DNA from: Mytilus californianus
Taxonomy: Eukaryota
NCBI RefSeq assembly: GCF_021869535.1
Contig: NW_026262679.1
Coordinates: 89,528,001 to 89,592,000 of the forward strand
Reading direction: 5' to 3'
DNA length: 64,000 bases
Shown: piece after piece, positions 22,803-35,518 of the stretch
Layout of the letters: each line of letters begins with the position of its first letter
Position numbering within the stretch: position 1 is the stretch's first letter
Notes under the pieces: generated by a model
What the model was told of the DNA's origin: nothing
What the model saw: only the letters and a program-made list of their open reading frames with translations
The model's database searches: none
Made by a program: the position numbers and the translations under genes

Positions 22803-23737
22803 CAGGCCTCTACAATAACATTTTTTTTCAACTTGCCCAATAGGACAAGTACATACCAAAACTTACTTGTCCGAATGGAATTTTAACTTGTCCAAAAAAA
22901 AACCTTTATATTAACCTTTTTTGTATTTTAGGTTGATTCAATGAAGAAAATGAATTAAAACAATAGAGCAGAATTTGATTAATATCTCTTGATATCCTTT
23001 TCAAAAATATGAGTCGAGAACAACTGAATCTAGTCATGTCACAGGACTTAATTAGGTTCTAGTTTTCATCAATGTCAAAGTCTCTCATCAGACTCTGTAC
23101 ATCAGTCTGGTAGGCCTGTCAGTCTACACTCATTTGGTTTGTATCCTGGTCTTTTATGTTGATAACACAATTAAATGTTGTTTGTCTAAATATGATCAAA
23201 TATGATTTTCTGATATATGGTCAATAATTTCTTCATTTCTATTTTTCAAATATTTTTATTAAATAAAATTTATCAAATATTTATTATAAAGCAACAGAAA
23301 AGCGTAGGAAAAACAAGGTCCTTGTTTGTATTGGTCCCGAAATGTCTCCAACAGTACCGAACTGTCTATTAAACATGGAGCCGATTCGATTCGTTTCCGT
23401 GCCGAACTGTCTTGTTACCTTACAAAGATAGCACATTGCTGATTCTGATTGGTAAGAGAATATTCCTTTTATCCTTTTATCCTTATAAAGTATATGACAA
23501 AGAACCAGTTTTAAATTATCGATCGCATGTAAACATGCCAAATAAATATTTGTTTTTATCTTCTTTTTTCGTTTTATTGTTTCTTACTTTGATCATCAAA
23601 GATGGATTTAACAATAACTTAATTTCTACAGAATGATTTTACTTGTCCCATCGGACAAGCTTGATATGGCTTTTACTTGTCCGACCTTTTTTTCCTCTGG
23701 TACCGGACAATCGGACAAGCGTTATTGTCGAGCCCTG
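22803..23737. mobile_element. Non-autonomous TIR DNA transposon, hAT-like, 5-bp TSD
   Basis: TIRs caggcctctacaataac / gttattgtcgagccctg; many subterminal ggacaag/cttgtcc motifs; flanked by CATAT on both sides. Confidence 0.8.
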
Positions 23738-24136
23738 CATATATACATGTATCAAAATATTTATATTTTCATGAATAAAAATTCGTTAATTTTTAAAAGG
23801 TCCAACTCCCTCTTCAATCCAATTTTAATAGTCCCATAATTGTTTTTGATAAAGAAAGCTATGTGTTTAAAAAAGTTGAAGTAACAAACTATCTTGTTTT
23901 AAACATTAATAAAGTAATGAACTTTATATTAATGATACAGTTGTGATTCTACATTGTAACAGGAATTGTGGTTGATGACCCCATTCTCCTAATTACTGCC
24001 ATCTTTATTAAAAAATTGGAAAACTAAACATCATAAACATGATAAAAGACCCAATTGTTAATACATAATATAAGGCAATTGCTACTTGATGATCTCCCAA
24101 AGCTTTTTGGCATGCTTGTTTTACTTACCATCATAC

Positions 24137-25388
24137 TTTTTATACACCGCAAAAAAATTTGCGGTTGTATATTGGTATGACGCTGGCGTCGTCGTCGTCC
24201 GAAGACACATTGGTTTCCGCACTCTAACTTTAGTTTAAGTGAATGGATCTCTATGAAATTTTACCATAAGGTTCAATACCACAAAAGGTATGGGATTGAT
24301 TTTGGGGGTTATGGTACCAACATTTAAGGAATTAGGGGCCAAAAATAAGCATTTTTGTAACTTCCAGACATAACTTGTGTGTTAGTGTATGGATCTCTCT
24401 GACATTGTACCACAAGGTTCCATATTACAAAGGGAATGCTGGGATTGATTTTGGGGGTAATTGCCTCAAAATTTTAGGAAAAAGGGGCAAAAACAAGCAT
24501 TTTTCTAGTTTCATGACAATAACTTGTTTGTAAGTGTATGGATCTTTCTGAAATTGTACTTCAAGGTTCCATATCACAAAGGGAAAGCTGGAATTGAGTT
24601 TGGGGGTAATTGCCCAAAACATTTAGGAAAAAGGGGCCAAAAATAAGCATTTTTCTAGTTTCCAGACAATAACTTGTGTTCAAGTGTATGGATCTCTCTG
24701 AAATTGTACTGCAAGGTACCATACCACTAAGGGAAGGCTGGGATTGATTTTGGGGGTAATTGCCTCAAAATTTTAGGAATTAGGGGGCAAAAAACAAGCA
24801 TTTTCTAGTCTCAGGACAATAACTTGTGTGTAAGTGTATGGATCTTTATGAAATTGTACTACAAGGTTCCATATCACAAAGGGAGAGCTGGGTTTGAGTT
24901 TGGGGGTAATTGCCCGAAACGTTTAGGAATTTGGGGCCAAAAAGGTGCCAAAAAACAAGCATTTTTCTAGTTTCCAGACAATAACTTGTGTTCAAGTGTA
25001 TGGATCTCTCTGAAATTGTACTGCAAGGTACCATACCACAAAGGGAAGGTTGTTATTGAGTTTTGGGGTGATGAATCATAAGGGGGTTCAAAAAATTTGG
25101 GGGGGGGGGGGGGGAGATTTTTTTTTTCTTTAAAATTTTCCATTTTAAATTGGTTATTTCTGATTTATATATAAAAGCAAAGAATAATGATATGGTTTGA
25201 ACAGGTAAATTAAAATTTTCTTAGACCACATTCATTCTGTGTCAGAAACCTATGCTGTGTCAAATATTTAATCACAATCCAAATTCAGAGCTGTATCAAG
25301 CTTGAATGTTGTGTCCATACTTGCCCCAACTGTTCAGGGTTCGACCTCTGTGGTCGTATCAAGCTGCGCCCCAGCGGAGCATTTTATT
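24137..25388 (+). mobile_element. Non-autonomous Helentron-type element (HINE) with internal ~150-bp satellite (~5.5 units)
   Basis: T-run insertion, 5' tttatacaccgc with hairpin accgcaaaaaaatttgcggt, (GTC)n, and units with ggatct at 24245, 24391, 24540, 24690, 24840 and 25002. The 3' end has tggtcgtat plus a GC hairpin. Confidence 0.8.
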
Positions 25389-25725
25389 GGTAAGTAGATT
25401 TACGAATTTGTGGGATAAAAAAAATGTGAGAAATTGTAGGCTCCTTAAATCCCTTATTAGATAATGAACCATCAGCTTTTTATACATAGCCACCAGCTTT
25501 ACTAAAAATAGAAAATAGGGACCAAAAAATTCCACTCAAAATCTGAAAAATTATGTGAAGGACCTATTATTACATTGTGGAATGATACATGTACATAATC
25601 AACGTTAAAATGAATGATTAATCACCCATGATGGCATCAGCTTTTTCTGGGTTCAGAAAAGTTGCACTGTACATGTAGACTAAATTTTAAAACTGTTTCA
25701 GGCCTATATTTGTTTTCTATGTCAG

Positions 25726-25887
25726 ATCTCATCCGAGGTATTATAGATCCAGAGAAGCCACAGACTTTAGAAGATTTAGAAGTGGTAAATGAAGAAGATG
25801 TATGTGTTTACCGACATGAAGAGGAATTATGGGTCAGACTTATATTTACTCCAACTGTGCCTCACTGCTCACTGGCATCATTGATAG
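25726..25887 (+). CDS. CIAO2A: CIAO2A exon 2
   Basis: gtcag|AT ... ATA G|gtgatt; [21 protein letters not shown]...[15 protein letters not shown] (DPEKP and TVPHCSL are 2A-type). Confidence 0.95.
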
Positions 25888-26914
25888 GTGATTATTCAAA
25901 TATAAAATGACTGAAAATTCATAAAAGATGTCTGCATGTACATGTACCTTCTCATGTTGGTACATGTAGTTCTATTCCTCATTACACATTACGAAGGATA
26001 ATATTCTATATCAATTTTTCTGTCAAAGTAAAAGAAGCAGAAACAGAAAAGTATGCAAAACATAACAAGGCTTTACATACATGTATTTATAGTAAGCAGT
26101 CATGTATGAGAGTTGTTTGTATGTTGTCTGTTGAATTTTGTTGGAAGGAATAAAACTGACAAATAAAGAAAATGCATGCAGTGACAAGAATATAAGACTT
26201 TATAAGTCATGTTTATATATATACATGTATGTAATTGTATGTATAAAAGGACTTCAGTTTCTTCAGTTTTTACTCAGTAATTAATATTTTGTCATTTGAA
26301 TTATTTTCATTCATCTCTGTCAAATTTTAAACCTTCCATTTTTGTTATACATGTATCAGCAATACTCTGGTATTCAAATTAAAATTTTACCTAATAATAT
26401 ATTTCTAAAATAATGCAAAGACATTTGACCTACATTGTATTGATTGAATTGATTCTTGTTTTTTGCACCCAATGGAATGTTGATAACAAATTAACAATAA
26501 ATACAATAGGTAGGTCCTGCAATAGATGGTCAACCAGGTTGAGGGGCAGGAAATTAGGAATGTCACTTGAAATTGAGGGTATATTGGATAGGGACAGAAA
26601 TTAAGCCATGCAACAGGCCACCTGTGGATTCTTCAAAGAATTGTTGCAAGCATTTTTTATGTTCAGATAGGGCACTCTCTTTAAAAGGGGCATAAAATTT
26701 AACATCCCCATTCTGAAGGGATGTGGCTGCCAATTTCAATATCCCACACAGCCAAAAAGAGGCCCGATACAAGTAGGTCGAAAAACGAGTAATGTGACCA
26801 TATTTTTATATTTTTTACTTATTGCAAAATCCATTTTTTGGACAGGATATATTTATTTACAAAATTTGAAGAAAAAAGTATTAATGTAAATCAATCAAAC
26901 AAAAAAACTAAGGG

Positions 26915-27245
26915 CCTGATTTAGGTACAAATTAAAACAATAAATGAAAAACAAATATGATATACAGTAACAAAGAACATCCACTGAATTACAGTCTCCT
27001 GACTTAGGAATGTCACATACAGAATATGGCTGAGTTAAACATGTTTGCTGGCGCTTATCCCTCCCCCATACCTGGGACAATGGTGTAATATTATAACATA
27101 AGAACAAACTTTAAAAATCAGTTGAGAAAGGCTTAACTCATTAGATCAATACAAAGCACACACAAATCTTAACAAAAACACAAAAGACCAGAAGTACAGA
27201 TCTGAGAGTACTTACAGTTACTGATGGATGGTTCTTAATGAAATG
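26915..27245 (-). mobile_element. SINE-like repeat, diverged
   Basis: Contains ccactgaattacagtctcctgacttagga and ttaaacatgtttgctggcgc, the reverse complement of the core seen at 20980-21080. Confidence 0.55.
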
Positions 27246-27321
27246 AAATGTGCCTAATTTTTAGCAGGCTGCATGTAAATAACCATACCTGAATATAATC
27301 TCCAAGTGTTTTCTGTTGCAG

Positions 27322-27371
27322 GTCTTTGTTTACGAAGCAAGTTGGAGACATGTTTGCCTGAAAGACATAAA
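27322..27371 (+). CDS. CIAO2A: CIAO2A exon 3
   Basis: ttgcag|GT ... AAA|gtatgt; LCLRSKLETCLPERHK. Confidence 0.93.
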
Positions 27372-28214
27372 GTATGTATGTTTCAGTTAACAATCCCTCT
27401 TGAAAATTTTATGACAGACACACTAGATTTTTATCTTTGTCAATCCTGCAATTACGTCTACCCCTAATTTGAAAATTAAATTACCATGAAAGAAATTTTT
27501 GATTATTTTATTCCATTTAAAAAATGAAATACATTATTAACAAGAAAAAATACCTGCTCAGTTATTTATGTGTTTAAAAAAGTTAAATAAGACTAATAAG
27601 AGTCAATGAAAAATATTAATTTCTGGCCTAATATCTTATGTTATTTTGTTTTTTTTTTAATTGAAATCTGGAAGACAGGTTTTGTTGCAGGTAAATTGAA
27701 AAATGTTTTGTACAAATTGAAAATAGTTCAATTGAATGTTTCTCATTTCTATCCATCTTCAATGAAACTGTCTGTACCAAAAAAATACTGGTAATGAGCT
27801 GTTTACTTGTTTCTTATGTCTTGTGCACTAAACAAACAAGTACACCAAGGGCTGAATAGTACTTTAACCTATTTAATTCTAACCCAGATATCAGTGGACA
27901 TAGTAGCAAAAGATCTTTTAAAAGAATAATTAACAAATGACAATAACATAAACTGACAGTTTAAATAGATTAAATGAGCAATGACAATGATGAAAATGCA
28001 TATGGGCACTGAAGAAAACAAATCACATCATAAAGTATCTTACATCTTAATAACCTTTAACTATTGTTATTAACAGGAGTAGATCAGGAACAGAACATAC
28101 ATAAATTAGATTAAGCATATGTAAATTAAGACAATTTGTTGGTTAAACTGAAATCAATAGAAATTCTACCTTAAAGGGAGATAACTCTGTTTACAAAATT
28201 ATATTATGTTTAGG

Positions 28215-29563
28215 CAGGCGCGTAGCTGCCTTTACGCAAAAAATCATTTGCTTGCACATTTTTTTCACCAAAAAAAAAATAATTCTGAAATTGAATTGAC
28301 GTAAAGTCTTTAGTCTTTACAGATTATCGTGTCGGGCGGTGTTTAAAGCCCAAATCTTTGATGTCGTCTGTAGCAGTGACTAATAAGGAACTATATATCC
28401 TTCAATATTAGCAATCTTCTCAATTCTAATTACAATGCCAGTTACTACATCAACTACTGAACGGTCATTTAGTGCATTAAGGCGACCGAAAACGTATCTC
28501 CGTTCAACCATGGTACAGGACAGACTATCTTCGTTGGCGCTCATACATGTTCACAAAGAAATGGATATTAACACCGAGAGAGTTTTGCGATCATTTGCCT
28601 TGGCAAAAAATAGATATATGGACTTTCGATATTAACTATACTTTAAGTCTTACATGCAGTATTAACATTTAATAATACAGACTCAATACAATCACCTTGA
28701 AAACATCTTAGATTTATATCCCTTACTTATAAGTCAAGACTTAAAAGTGGCCGTTAGATTTCGTATTCCCATTGTCCGTTCGTCCAAAAGACTATTGATT
28801 CACCTAGGGTATCTGTGTCCCAAATGACCTTCTACCGTTGTCGTAGAAACCTCTCCTTTGATTTGAAAATGACCTTCGTGAGACACACTACGGGTGTCTT
28901 GCCAGAAGCAGAACTGCTTACCCTTTTGGAGCACCGGAAGTCGCCACATTGTTTTCTGGGTCCGTGTTTTTCATCTGTATTTAGTTTTCAATGTTGAATT
29001 TTTTTGTTTCTCCTTTTGTGTCTTATCTGTTCCCAGGTTTGTCAATTGTCCATAGATTAACGCTTCGGTTGTCGACTCTTCCTGATCTTCCCAGTTTATA
29101 AAAAAAAAATTATATTTGAAAATAACCATGTTAATAATATAAGCAGCAAATTACGGAACTCACTAGACTTTTACTATCGTTTAATGAAAATATGGTATAG
29201 TAAGAAACAGATAGGGTATTTTTCATGTTCAAAGCAGTCACTGTAATTACTCATATGCCCGGAGCTTCATGGGGATTCGCTTCCCTGGACCACCGTCTAC
29301 GGTGCTGCCCTTGATCCCCGACTAGGGTGCTACCCTGGACCAGCTGGGGACTTTGAGCGATACATAGCCTCCTCCCTTGCCGAATCACTATAAAGTCCAC
29401 AAATATTCACAAAAAAGGAGTTTGGGCGTGATTGTGATGTGAATTTCATAAGCATGGCATACCGGGAAAATGCCCGAAAAAAGTTATCATTTTCTGCATA
29501 AAATGGTCAAAAAAAAAAACGATAGTTATGATTGCACTTTATTTAAGTCCAGCTACGCCCCTG
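28215..29563 (+). mobile_element. Internally deleted hAT transposon with transposase C-terminal remnant, 5-bp TSD
   Basis: TIRs caggcgcgtagctg / cagctacgcccctg (13/14), flanked by TTAGG on both sides. Confidence 0.85.
28387..28635 (+). pseudogene. hAT transposase C-terminal dimerisation domain fragment
   Basis: YPSILAIFSILITMPVTTSTTERSFSALRRPKTYLRSTMVQDRLSSLALIHVH matches the hATC motif PxTsaxxERSFSxLrrlKtylRstMxqxRLsxLalxxih. Confidence 0.85.
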
Positions 29564-29809
29564 TTAGGAAAAAACAAATCTAGCTTTGCATTTTTTTCAA
29601 AAGGATTTCTTATACATTTGGCATGATGCATTCACAGTCACTTTATAGTTATGATTTGATAATGTCACTGATTTTTAGAAGATTTTGTGTTGTGGCATGC
29701 CAAATTTGAGCTAGAAATAAAAAAAGAATAAACTAATATCGTTTTTATTTTCGAAATACTATTAAACTAATATTCTTGAAATAGATGCATGTTAAATGAT
29801 CTATTATAT

Positions 29810-29948
29810 AAATAACACATAGCTGAGAGGGTGATAGAGCAGATTGTTACCCCGAGAAAACATTGTCAACTGAGGCGAAGCCAAGGTTGACAATGTCTTT
29901 TCGAGGGGTAACAATCTGCTCTATCACCCTCTCAGATATGTGTTATTT
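29810..29948. repeat. Long near-perfect palindrome with tgaggcgaagccaag loop
   Basis: Arms 29810-29870 and 29886-29948 are reverse complements with few mismatches. Confidence 0.9.
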
Positions 29949-30042
29949 AATTTATTATACTGAATGTCCTGTTATTTCTGTCGATTAAATTTCAAATTCA
30001 AAGTAATAAACTATGACGTCTTGTACATAACAACCATCCTCA

Positions 30043-30185
30043 TTTAATAAAGCGCACACTTGATCAAGCGTCTCCGTGAAGGGTAATAGAGTATTTGCCA
30101 TAGGATAGAGTCGTATTTAATAAAGCGCACACTTGATCAAGCGTCTCCGTGAAGGGTAATAGAGTATTTACCATAGAATAGAAGA
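30043..30185 (+). repeat. Tandem duplication, ~72 bp x 2
   Basis: atttaataaagcgcacacttgatcaagcgtctccgtgaagggtaatagagtattt-ccatag-atag occurs twice. Confidence 0.85.
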
Positions 30186-30873
30186 AATTAACACCCTCGT
30201 ATAAGCCAATCAAAATATTGCATTTTTACGTGAAGTATAATAAAAATTATTATACCTCAGTATATTTTTTCTATATAACAAAGAATGAAATATTTGTGCT
30301 ATTTCATTCCACAGACTATTTGCCAGTCAATAGTTTCAAAGACTATAACCCCGGTCAATAGTTTAATAAACACATCTCCCGTACTTTTTCATACTAATTT
30401 TTCATTGGACAACAATGACGTCATTGACTATTCTGCTTGGATTTGTGCGCTTGGCAACGTTAAACTCTGAAATATCGTAAACGGTATAATCTATATGTGT
30501 CTGTCGTCTAATTTCAAATTAATATATTACTTACCAGAAGCAATTAAAAAGAAAAAGAAAATCTACGTGACATATTTTAAGAACTAAAACATAACAAATG
30601 TATGGTATGGGTCTGTCGTCGTCTTCATAATCTGGGATTGCTTTGGTGTACGGTAATGTATTTTAGCCAGCGTTTGTTATATGCACGGGGATTTTTACAC
30701 AAGGATTCCTAGTCTTGATTACAGTAAATAAAATATTGACAAATACCACACGTGCAAAAAAAAACAAAACCTGATAGTTCAATTTGTGCATGTTTAAGTG
30801 ACTATTTATTTTTTTCGAAGTGGTGTATGTAGTCTTTATTTTTTTAGAAAGTTGTTTTGTTCGGTATAATAAA

Positions 30874-31016
30874 ACACTTAATGACTGGTTATGAGTGTAA
30901 TAGCAAGTTTGTTGTCCCTTCGATACTAACAATTGCCCTCGGCTTTGCCTCGAGCAATAGTTTGTATCTCAGGGACAACAAACTTGCTATTACCCTCGTA
31001 ACCAGTCAATAGGTGT
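30874..31016. repeat. Long palindrome with ctcggctttgcctcg centre
   Basis: tgactggttatgag-gtaatagcaagtttgttgtccct ... agggacaacaaacttgctattac-ctcgtaaccagtca. The centre is the reverse complement of the 29871-29885 core. Confidence 0.85.
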
Positions 31017-31912
31017 ATACTATTATTTCAGAATTGTTTAAAATCATCATTACAAAACCAAATTTGGCATAAAATTTATTAGATGGTTCAATATAGATTG
31101 CCGTTAATTGATTTATGATAATCTTAGGATCACCCAATTTGTTTTTGATGTATCACTGACCCATTCTATACTTGATTCCTAGTTGAAAAAGCTGTTCAGC
31201 CTGGCAACATTGTGTTTGGGATATTTTTTTCAACCACAACTTCACTTTATCAACCAAACTTTATATTTTGTATACATGTACAACACAATTGATTCAGCAA
31301 CCCATTTTGACTAGCTTTTTCACTGAATTTATGTGCATTCTATACAAATGTTTATCTTTTGTTAAGAATTTTAATTAATCATAATTAAAGCAAGAAAAAA
31401 ACAATTGGTGAACATTTTTTTAGTTTGAGTTTAAGGCCAACATATTCTTGCAAAAGTCTGTAACAATATCTGTCTAATGTTTCTGGACGTTAATGTCTTC
31501 TATATGTACTACAATGTATGTGTAGTTGATTAAATTCATAGGAGGAATGGATACACATGCAAAAAAAAGCAATTATAATCTGTGAAACAAATATTTACCA
31601 GAATTTGTATTCAAATGTTACTTTTTTTTAAATTTTGATAAAGACCTTTCCTTTTTTAATTTAGCAGGTCTTATAAAAAGTTTAATGAAAATATTTGCTG
31701 AGTTCTGATAGGAAAATAGATTTTTTTGATTTTATGCAAGGAAAAAGGAATATTTACAGATGATATAATTATAGAGGGTTATTAAGCATCATAAAAAGAC
31801 CATTACTTTAAATTTGTACATTTGATTTTCAACCCCTGTTTTTACTAAATGTTCAGTTATAATTGTGGACCATTCTATTTCTAAGACATAATTTTATATA
31901 ATATTTTAATAG

Positions 31913-31958
31913 GTGGATATTTATATTAAAGAAGGGACACACTCAACAGCTGAGGAAA
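31913..31958 (+). CDS. CIAO2A: CIAO2A exon 4
   Basis: taatag|GTG ... GAA A|gtaagt; VDIYIKEGTHSTAEE. Confidence 0.93.
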
Positions 31959-32958
31959 GTAAGTATTTTGTCCTTAAGACAATGATGACATAGCCATTCA
32001 ATTGGCCAAAGTTTAGAGTCGATACAATTTCAAGGGGAGATAATTGTTTACATTATAATGAACATTCAATGTTTTGTAATTACCAGTTTTGTGTTAATGA
32101 GGTATAAGAATGAATCAAATCAGAGATCTGAAAATTAAAAGCAAGAAAATTGCACAAATTACACATCAAATAAATTACAAAAGGACTATTTTTGTTGTTC
32201 TCAAATGAAACAGTAGACCAGGGATTTCAAAAAATATATATCTGCGTCAGCAGGACATTTTTTTTTATTCTGATTTTAATCCTGTAACACTAAGTATCAA
32301 AAGGCAATCAGGGTTATAGTTTGGGCATCATAACAAAGATTGACATAAAATATGATATTTATCTTCAGACTTTCGGTATAAATTTGATGTTCTGACGGAA
32401 ACTGTTATATTGATAGTGCATCATTCGAAATATGCAACATCAGGGTACTAACATCTGCTCTTTATTAATGCAAAATCCTGCTGTCAGAAACTTTACTTTA
32501 TTTTTTAAAAAGCACATTTACCTTATACCAGATGTTGATTTGACAATGGTAAAACACGGACTAGAGATGGATACGTAAAAATCCATGTATGTTTTTAAAG
32601 CACAATTGAGTTAAACTAGTTCTTTCCAGGTTATTTCTTCAAGAAATACTTGAAATGAACGTAAGATAAAGGTAATCAGTAATATCTTTAGCATTTTTGA
32701 AGAATTCTGATGCATAATTAAATCTCACACATGTGCACAAGTGTACCAGTTCAAACAACATGGATCTGTCGAATTTTTCACTTTTCTATTTTAATACCTT
32801 TTTAAATATATCATAAAATCATATTTTAATACATATTCTGATAGGCTTAATCATTTTTACGAAATATATTAAATGCAAACCAGTAAAGTTTTAGAATTTT
32901 TTTTTTCGATGTCTGGTACAAAAAAGGTTACCTGTTACCTGAACAGGTATATGTCTTG

Positions 32959-33465
32959 AAATAGAACATTAGGGTAAAATGCATAAGTTGTCTTACCTAT
33001 TGAAAACCATAATAGATGAAAAAATCTGACATGGGCAAAAATGCTCAAAATATCAAAGCTCCCTATTTCCAACAAAATTGTCAAATGACACCTTATAGAA
33101 GTTACTGGCCTTAAAAGACAAATTTTGATTAATTTCCATGTTTTTACACCTTTTATCTCAAAAACTAAATTAGATAGCAAGAAACCATTAACAGCAAAAA
33201 TGATCACCAATATACAAAAATGAAAAATGACTTCTTATAGGAGTTATTGCCCTTAAGTGATGATTTTCTAACAATTTTTTGTGTTTTTGCCTATTATCTT
33301 GGAAACAGTAATAGTTAGATAGAAGTTCAAATGACATAAAAGATCAGCAGTACAAGATCAACAAAAAGTCATGGATTATATTTTAGTCTATAATGTTTGA
33401 GAGTGTCCCTTGTTGAAGATACACATAGGTGAGCTACACAGGCTCTTTAGAGCTTTTAGTCTTGT
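32959..33465 (+). mobile_element. HINE-type element, 3' portion
   Basis: ggagttattgccctt repeats and 3' terminus aggtgagctacacaggctctttagagc-t-tagt; same family as 57812-58509. Confidence 0.65.
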
Positions 33466-35518
33466 AATATTATCCATTAAAACTTGGAAATCTAAAAGAT
33501 TTCTTGATAGGATATACCAGATATTATTTGGTAAGGAGATAGCCTCAAATAACAATAAACTAAACTGTAAAGAATAAGATTTCAAAATTGGCTTTGCTAC
33601 TCAATTATCAAGAAAGTTAATAAGTTTATTTTTAATGTATATTGCATTTATGAAAATAAGGTAAAAAATGATGAGAGTTTGAGGAATTGATGCTATTTGA
33701 ACTGAAATGATTATTTATTTGATATCATGCTGTTATTTATTTGTAATTTAAGTCTGGACAAATATTTGCATGCTCATGTCCTTCGATAACTTTATCAGTT
33801 TGTTATCATTTCAGAGATATCATTTTCTTCTATTCAAACTTTGAAATGATTTCAGCAGTACATTCATTGATAAAATGTTTGATGGGGGTACCATAGTTTT
33901 TTTTCTCTGTACAAGGTTGAATGTGCATAGTTGCACATATGCATTTCCAGTGTATACATTTGCTTTCGACATTAAACTGTAGTATATTTTGTAAAGGAAA
34001 CATGGAAACAGAAAAAGTCAATTGAAAACAAAACTGACATAAGATATTTTTAAAAGAATCTGAAAACTGAAAAAAAATATCAACAAGAAAGTGGTAGAAC
34101 TTAACCTTTACTATATATACATGAAAATTTAAGAAATTCTGACAATCAAAATAGGGAACACCATTACTAAAAATATAAAAAGAAGAATGTTAGCCTACAA
34201 TCATAAAGTAAATTAATTCATTGTTAGGTCCTTGTCTTGAACTATGGATGATGCACAAATTGATTCCAATTATGATTAATATATTTTTATAATGCTTCAT
34301 ATCAAAGTCAGTGTTTTGCTTTCAGTAGATGTTTAAAAACCTTTCTTGCATTCTGCAGTAAAAAAAAACTCTCTTGATTAGAACAATTTCAAAATTATGC
34401 AGAATTCCAAAAACAACCACATTTTTGTGTAATAATAACTACCCAGATAAACCCTTGCAGTCACAAAAAGTGCAAATATGTGCATATTGATAATCTATAT
34501 TTTAGCCTCATTAAAGGCATGTCTTTACGTATAAATTTCTTTGTTATCAGTAGAAATACTTTTATCAGTGTTTGACGTCACATTCAAATGGTAATGAATT
34601 CAGATAGTTTCAAATGACATTCATAGATACATATTTGGAATTCTTGTACATGCACCAATAACATTCCTAATGAACTGGAATAGCAAACATTGTCAAGGTA
34701 TATGCCTTGAAATTTTGTCTGCATTGGGGGTACAAAATTGTTCCGGCTTTAGCTGAAGAGTTTTGAAGGAGATATAAACATGATAAAGCTATCAGAAAGA
34801 TAACCTGAATTGTTGTTGTTAAAACATTACCCCCAAGACTTGTAGGAAAGTACTTTTTGTCAAGATTACACCTCCCCTGGTGAAAACAAATAATAGTTGA
34901 CTTCACTGAACTTCAGGGAAATTCTTTGTTGGTAATAAAGAAATTGCATATTGATCCTCAAGATCTGTGGGGCTTATTACTTTACATAATGTTCTGAATT
35001 TCCATATTTATCTTTACAAGTACACAGTTAGTGCAACATTATAAATAATATGCATGCTCTTTTTCCATATTTATTTTTACAAGCCACAGTAAGTGAAACA
35101 TTAATAAAAATGCGTGTACTTTTAAGAAAGACTATAAATCCAGTTTGGGATGGTATATAGGAATCAACTTTTCTATTCCTTAATCGTATTTATATTTGGA
35201 AATGTTTGTGTCAGAGCATCCAAAATATCAAATTGAAACTTAAAACAAAAAAAGAATAATATATTGAAATGGGTATAAAACAATTTACTTGTTTTCCTAT
35301 TTCTTGATTAGGCTGACAATGGGAAGGGTATTATAAGGCAATTTTTTTGGCCCCTTGAATTCAAAAATCAAAAAGTATTATAAATTCACCAAATAACATC
35401 ATTCAGATGTTTATAAGATGTCAATCTGCCTGACTTCAACATTTATATTTTGTAATTTTGTCTTTCATATTGGCTTCAAACTTCTAAACTTTAGTGCTAA
35501 ACAGCCAAAACAGCCTCA

